The notes under the pieces were generated by a model. That model ran no database searches. It saw only the letters and a list, made by a program, of their open reading frames with translations, and was not told the DNA's origin. Positions 60,646-64,000 of a stretch of DNA of 64,000 bases are shown piece after piece. The stretch's first letter is position 1, and every line of letters starts with the position of its first letter. The translations under genes were made by a program, and so were the position numbers. The stretch spans positions 24,244,001-24,308,000 of the forward strand of contig NC_086097.1 in assembly GCF_963921235.1 (NCBI RefSeq), read 5' to 3'. The stretch comes from Mobula hypostoma (taxonomy: Eukaryota).

Positions 60646-61964
60646 TCCTCACACTGCTGAGATGCTCCTGAAACTGCTGAGTTCCTCCAACAAACTGTTG
60701 TTTGCTGCAGTACATCTAGGGACCTGATAGACAATGACACATCACCATGGAGTCCTGGAGTTATGGAGCCCTTTGGTCCAACTTGTCCATGTCAATCACG
60801 ATTCCCACCTAAGCTAGTTCCATTGGCACACATCCCTCCTACCCAAAGTACCTGTCCTAGTACCTTTTAAATGTTGTTAATGTACCTGCCCAAACCATTT
60901 CCTCTGGGGCCCGTTCCATTTACTGACCACCCACTGGGTGAAAAGATTGCCCCTCAGGTTCCTATTAGTAAATCTGACCCTCCTCACCTTAGCCACTCTC
61001 ATGAAGGACTGAAGGGTCTGTTCTTATGCTGCATGACTATTCCCTCTAGCCCTCACCAAACCCTGTTGCTGTAATTTTCACTTCTAAAAGCCCGTGAGAT
61101 TTTCTACCAATTCTGACATTGCTTATTGTCATATTGAACTGAATGATCACCAACATCATTTAGCAACCATGGCCTCTCTGGCACTCCCTTGTTAATGTTC
61201 TCTGCCTCCCTAAAGCTCTCACCTCCTTTAAGCTTCCTCTCTGAGATGGGTATTAGAATTGGCTTATTATTGTTGCATATACTGAGATACATTGAGAAAC
61301 TTGTCTTGTGTACTGTTCATACAGATTAGATCATTATTCTGTGCATTGAAGTAATGCAAAGTTAAAAAAACAGAATATAGAATAAAGTGTAAAATTTTCG
61401 GAGGAAGTCAAAGTCAGAGTAAAATTTACTACGAAAGTGCATATATGTTACCAAGTGCTACCCTGACATTCATTTTCTTACAGACATTTACGGAAAGTAA
61501 AGAAATAAATAGAACTTATGAAAAACTGTACATAAACCAAGAGTGACAAAGAGCCAATGTATGAAAGTGCAGGTCAAGCACACAATAAGGTGCAAGGCAA
61601 ATTATAAGGTCAAGGGTCCATTTTATTGCACTGGGAAACCGTTCGATAGTCTGATGACAGATGCTGTCCTTGATCCTGGTGGTACATGTTTTTAGGCTTT
61701 TGTATCTTCTGCCCAGTGGGAGAGGGGAGAAGAGAGAGTGTTCAGGGTGAGTGTGGTCTTTAATTATGCTGGCTGCTTTACCAAAGTAAAGCCAGAGTCT
61801 ACCCAACATTCCTTCAAAAGGTTCCATGTCGACTTTCCATTTGTGAAGTACCTTTCAAGGTAGCACATGGTAACACATATGCACTTTAGTAGTAAATTTT
61901 ACTCTGACTTTGACTTTCTCTGCAGATGTTACGCTTTATTCTATATCCACAATGACTTTCTAGT

Positions 61965-62230
61965 GCCAGCAATCACCGATTCTGTTTCCCTCAGCTGTCT
62001 GTAAGGAGTTTGCACGTTCTCCCCATGACTGCGTGGGTTTCCTCCGTGTGCTCCTGGTTCCTCCCACAGTCCAAAGTTGTATGGTTAGGGCTAAGGTTAG
62101 TTGTGGCCTTTGTGGGCTGCTCCCCACCCCCAGCACAATCCTCGGATTGTGTTAGGCATTGACGCAAAATGATGCATTTCACTGTATGTTTTGATCTTTC
62201 GCTGTACATGTGACAAATCAAGCTAATAGA
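61965..62230 (+). mobile_element. V-SINE/HE1-like SINE
   Basis: ctgtctgtaaggagtttgcacgttctccccatgactgcgtgggtttcctccgtgtgctcctggttcctcccacagtccaaag. Confidence 0.85.
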
Positions 62231-63034
62231 ATCTATTATTAATGCAAGCTGTTACAGGTGTTGTCAGTGCTTCTCCCGACCCAGGTAAAATTAAGGTAAT
62301 GTTTTCCAGAGCACAAAAGAATCACCATAACGCTGGAGGCTAAAGGTCCCATGTTTATTTTCTGTTGCCTTCTGTTAAACCAGAGTGTAGCTAGGACAGC
62401 TGGCCCCATTTCCCCGGTGAAAGGCAGCATCTGTCCTTCAGTCTGTCTGCTCTGACTTAATGTAAATTGCCATATTGTGGATGTGTTTGCAATGAGATGG
62501 GGTGCTGGCTGTGAGCGTGCAGAGAGAGCGCAGTGTTCTTGTGTCAGTGTTAGGTTCACGGAGAGAGAACAAAGTCGATGTGAGGCGTTCAGTTTTATAA
62601 TTGCTCCATCTACCTGTGCAGAACAGTCCTGCAGTTATGTACTCAGTGAAAGATGGCCTTAAGATTTTATCTCATTGTAGAAATCCAATAAATGACTTAA
62701 CTAATTAATCCCCATGTAAATAATAGCAGGGTAGTTTGTGGTTTTGTAAGCCCAGAGGCAGAGCTGGTGGATGCCTCCCCACAGTACAAGTCATGGGAGG
62801 AACCTTAGCAGGTCAAGCCGCATCAGTGGCGTTACAGGCTTTACTGCATCCAAAACGTCAGTTGTCCCCTTCCCTCCAGAAATGCTGCTGAGTACCTCTA
62901 GTATTTTGTGTGTGGCTCTAGATTCCAGCTTCTATGGTTTCTTGAGTAACCTGGGGATATTTCCACTGATTGAGCCCTGAGCTGTGGGTGGCCCCAAAGC
63001 ATGGGATAATCTTTGAGACAGAGATCATAGCATG

Positions 63035-63650
63035 TCAAAGTCAAAGTAAGTCTACTATCAAAGCATTTATAAGTTACCATATACTACCTTGAGATTCTTT
63101 TGTTTCTTGTACACATTTATAGGAAAATAAAGAAATATAATGGAATTCATGAAAATCTATACATAAACAATGACTAACAAATAACCCAATGTGTAAAAGA
63201 AGACAAATTGTGAAAATAAAAAAATAATAATGCTGAGAACATGAGTTGTAGAGTCCTTGAAAGTGAGTCTGTAGGTTGTGCAATCATTTCAGAGTTATGG
63301 TGAGTGAAGTAATCCACACCAGTTCGGGAGCCTGATGGTTGAGGTATAATAACTATTCCTGAACCTGGTAGTGTAGGACCCACCTCTCCTCTACCTCCTG
63401 CCTATTGTTAGTAGAGAGAGGAGAGCACGCCCTGGATGATGGATGCTGCTTTCTTGTGGCAGTGTTCTATGCACGTGTGCTCAATAGTAGGGAGGGCTTT
63501 GCCTGTGAAGAACTGGGCCTCTTTTTCTGTTGACTTCTTTCTGTCCACCTCTTTCTGTAGACTTTTCTTTTCCAGCGTATTGGTGTTTTCATACCATTCT
63601 GCAATGCAGCCAGTTAGAATAGTCTCTGCTGTGCATACATAGACATTAGT
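63035..63650 (-). mobile_element. Rex1-type LINE 3' fragment ending ~140 bp upstream of the exon
   Basis: Tail tcaaagtcaaagtaa...ccatatactacc shared with copies at ~6418, ~14141, ~17190, ~49765 and ~61405. Confidence 0.7.
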
Positions 63651-63760
63651 CTACAGAAAACCAATATAGTTAGGGTGAGAAAGTGGCCCTGGCTGTGGAA
63701 GGATTGAGATGGATCATTTCACCTCTGTAAAATGTTTACCAATCTCTCAGTGAGACATCA

Positions 63761-63789
63761 CGCTGACGGTGTTCAATTTTTCTTTGCAG
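63761..63789 (+). promoter_or_regulatory. 3' splice site: branch point, polypyrimidine tract and AG
   Basis: cgCTGAC with putative branch A at 63766, then gttcaatttttctttgCAG. Confidence 0.85.
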
Positions 63790-63971
63790 CTGGTACAACG
63801 TACATATTCGGACGTGGAGGAGGGCTCATAACCTACACTTGGCCAGCTAACGACAGGCCCAGCACAAGGACAGACCGCTTGGCTGTTGGATTCAGCACGT
63901 CAGTGAAGGATGCCATCTTGGTGCGAGTGGACAGTGCTCCTGGTCTGGGCGACTTTCTTCAGCTTCACATA
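63790..63971 (+). CDS. NRXN3: Internal coding exon of a neurexin (start of LNS6/laminin-G domain, first exon common to alpha- and beta-neurexin), best match neurexin-3
   Basis: Translates as (x)[65 protein letters not shown], STxVKD and [14 protein letters not shown] are NRXN3-type in my recall of the paralogues. Bounded by ttctttgcAG (63788-63789) and GTGAGT (63972); 182 nt, phase 1 in, phase 0 out. Confidence 0.93.
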
Positions 63972-63977
63972 GTGAGT
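63972..63977 (+). promoter_or_regulatory. 5' splice donor
   Basis: GTGAGT directly after the codon completing ...LQLHI. Confidence 0.9.
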
Positions 63978-64000
63978 ACCTCCCACCTAACGTAACATAC

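Larger units (their letters stand above)
1..63789 (+). other. NRXN3: Distal part of the long neurexin intron preceding the LNS6 exon
   Basis: No other neurexin-like exon (EGF exon or His-rich beta-specific first exon) recognised in the window; neurexins are known to have very long introns here. Small exons could have been missed. Confidence 0.7.

Noticed and set aside
1..63700. Beta-neurexin first exon/promoter or upstream alpha exon
   Set aside because: No signal peptide plus His-rich segment, EGF-like exon or non-repeat CpG island was recognised; they presumably lie upstream of the window.
63732..63995. 87-aa ORF as a stand-alone gene
   Set aside because: Neurexin similarity is confined between canonical AG and GT sites; the flanking residues are intron read-through.

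Overview
Eukaryotic, repeat-dense vertebrate genomic DNA. The repeat families (HE1/V-SINE-like, CR1, Rex1-like, Penelope) suggest a cartilaginous fish, probably a ray; this is inference from recalled sequence. The only supportable host coding sequence is a 182-nt + strand neurexin exon at 63790-63971 that best matches NRXN3 (start of LNS6, first exon shared by alpha and beta isoforms). The preceding ~63.8 kb is most simply one giant intron, and the other ORFs in the track are retrotransposon remnants or noise. The intron holds CR1, Rex1/Babar and RTE LINE fragments, two Penelope-like (GIY-YIG) families, several SINEs, a solo LTR, a Tigger-like element and simple repeats, often nested with readable target-site duplications (TSDs). 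The most striking signal is a family of 90-220 bp non-coding Penelope-derived units carrying a minimal hammerhead ribozyme motif. Some are fold-back hairpins and several have their own 11-16 bp TSDs; a second, unrelated hammerhead-bearing Penelope family is also present. Repeat boundaries were read by eye and are approximate unless TSD coordinates are given; family names need Dfam/Repbase confirmation.
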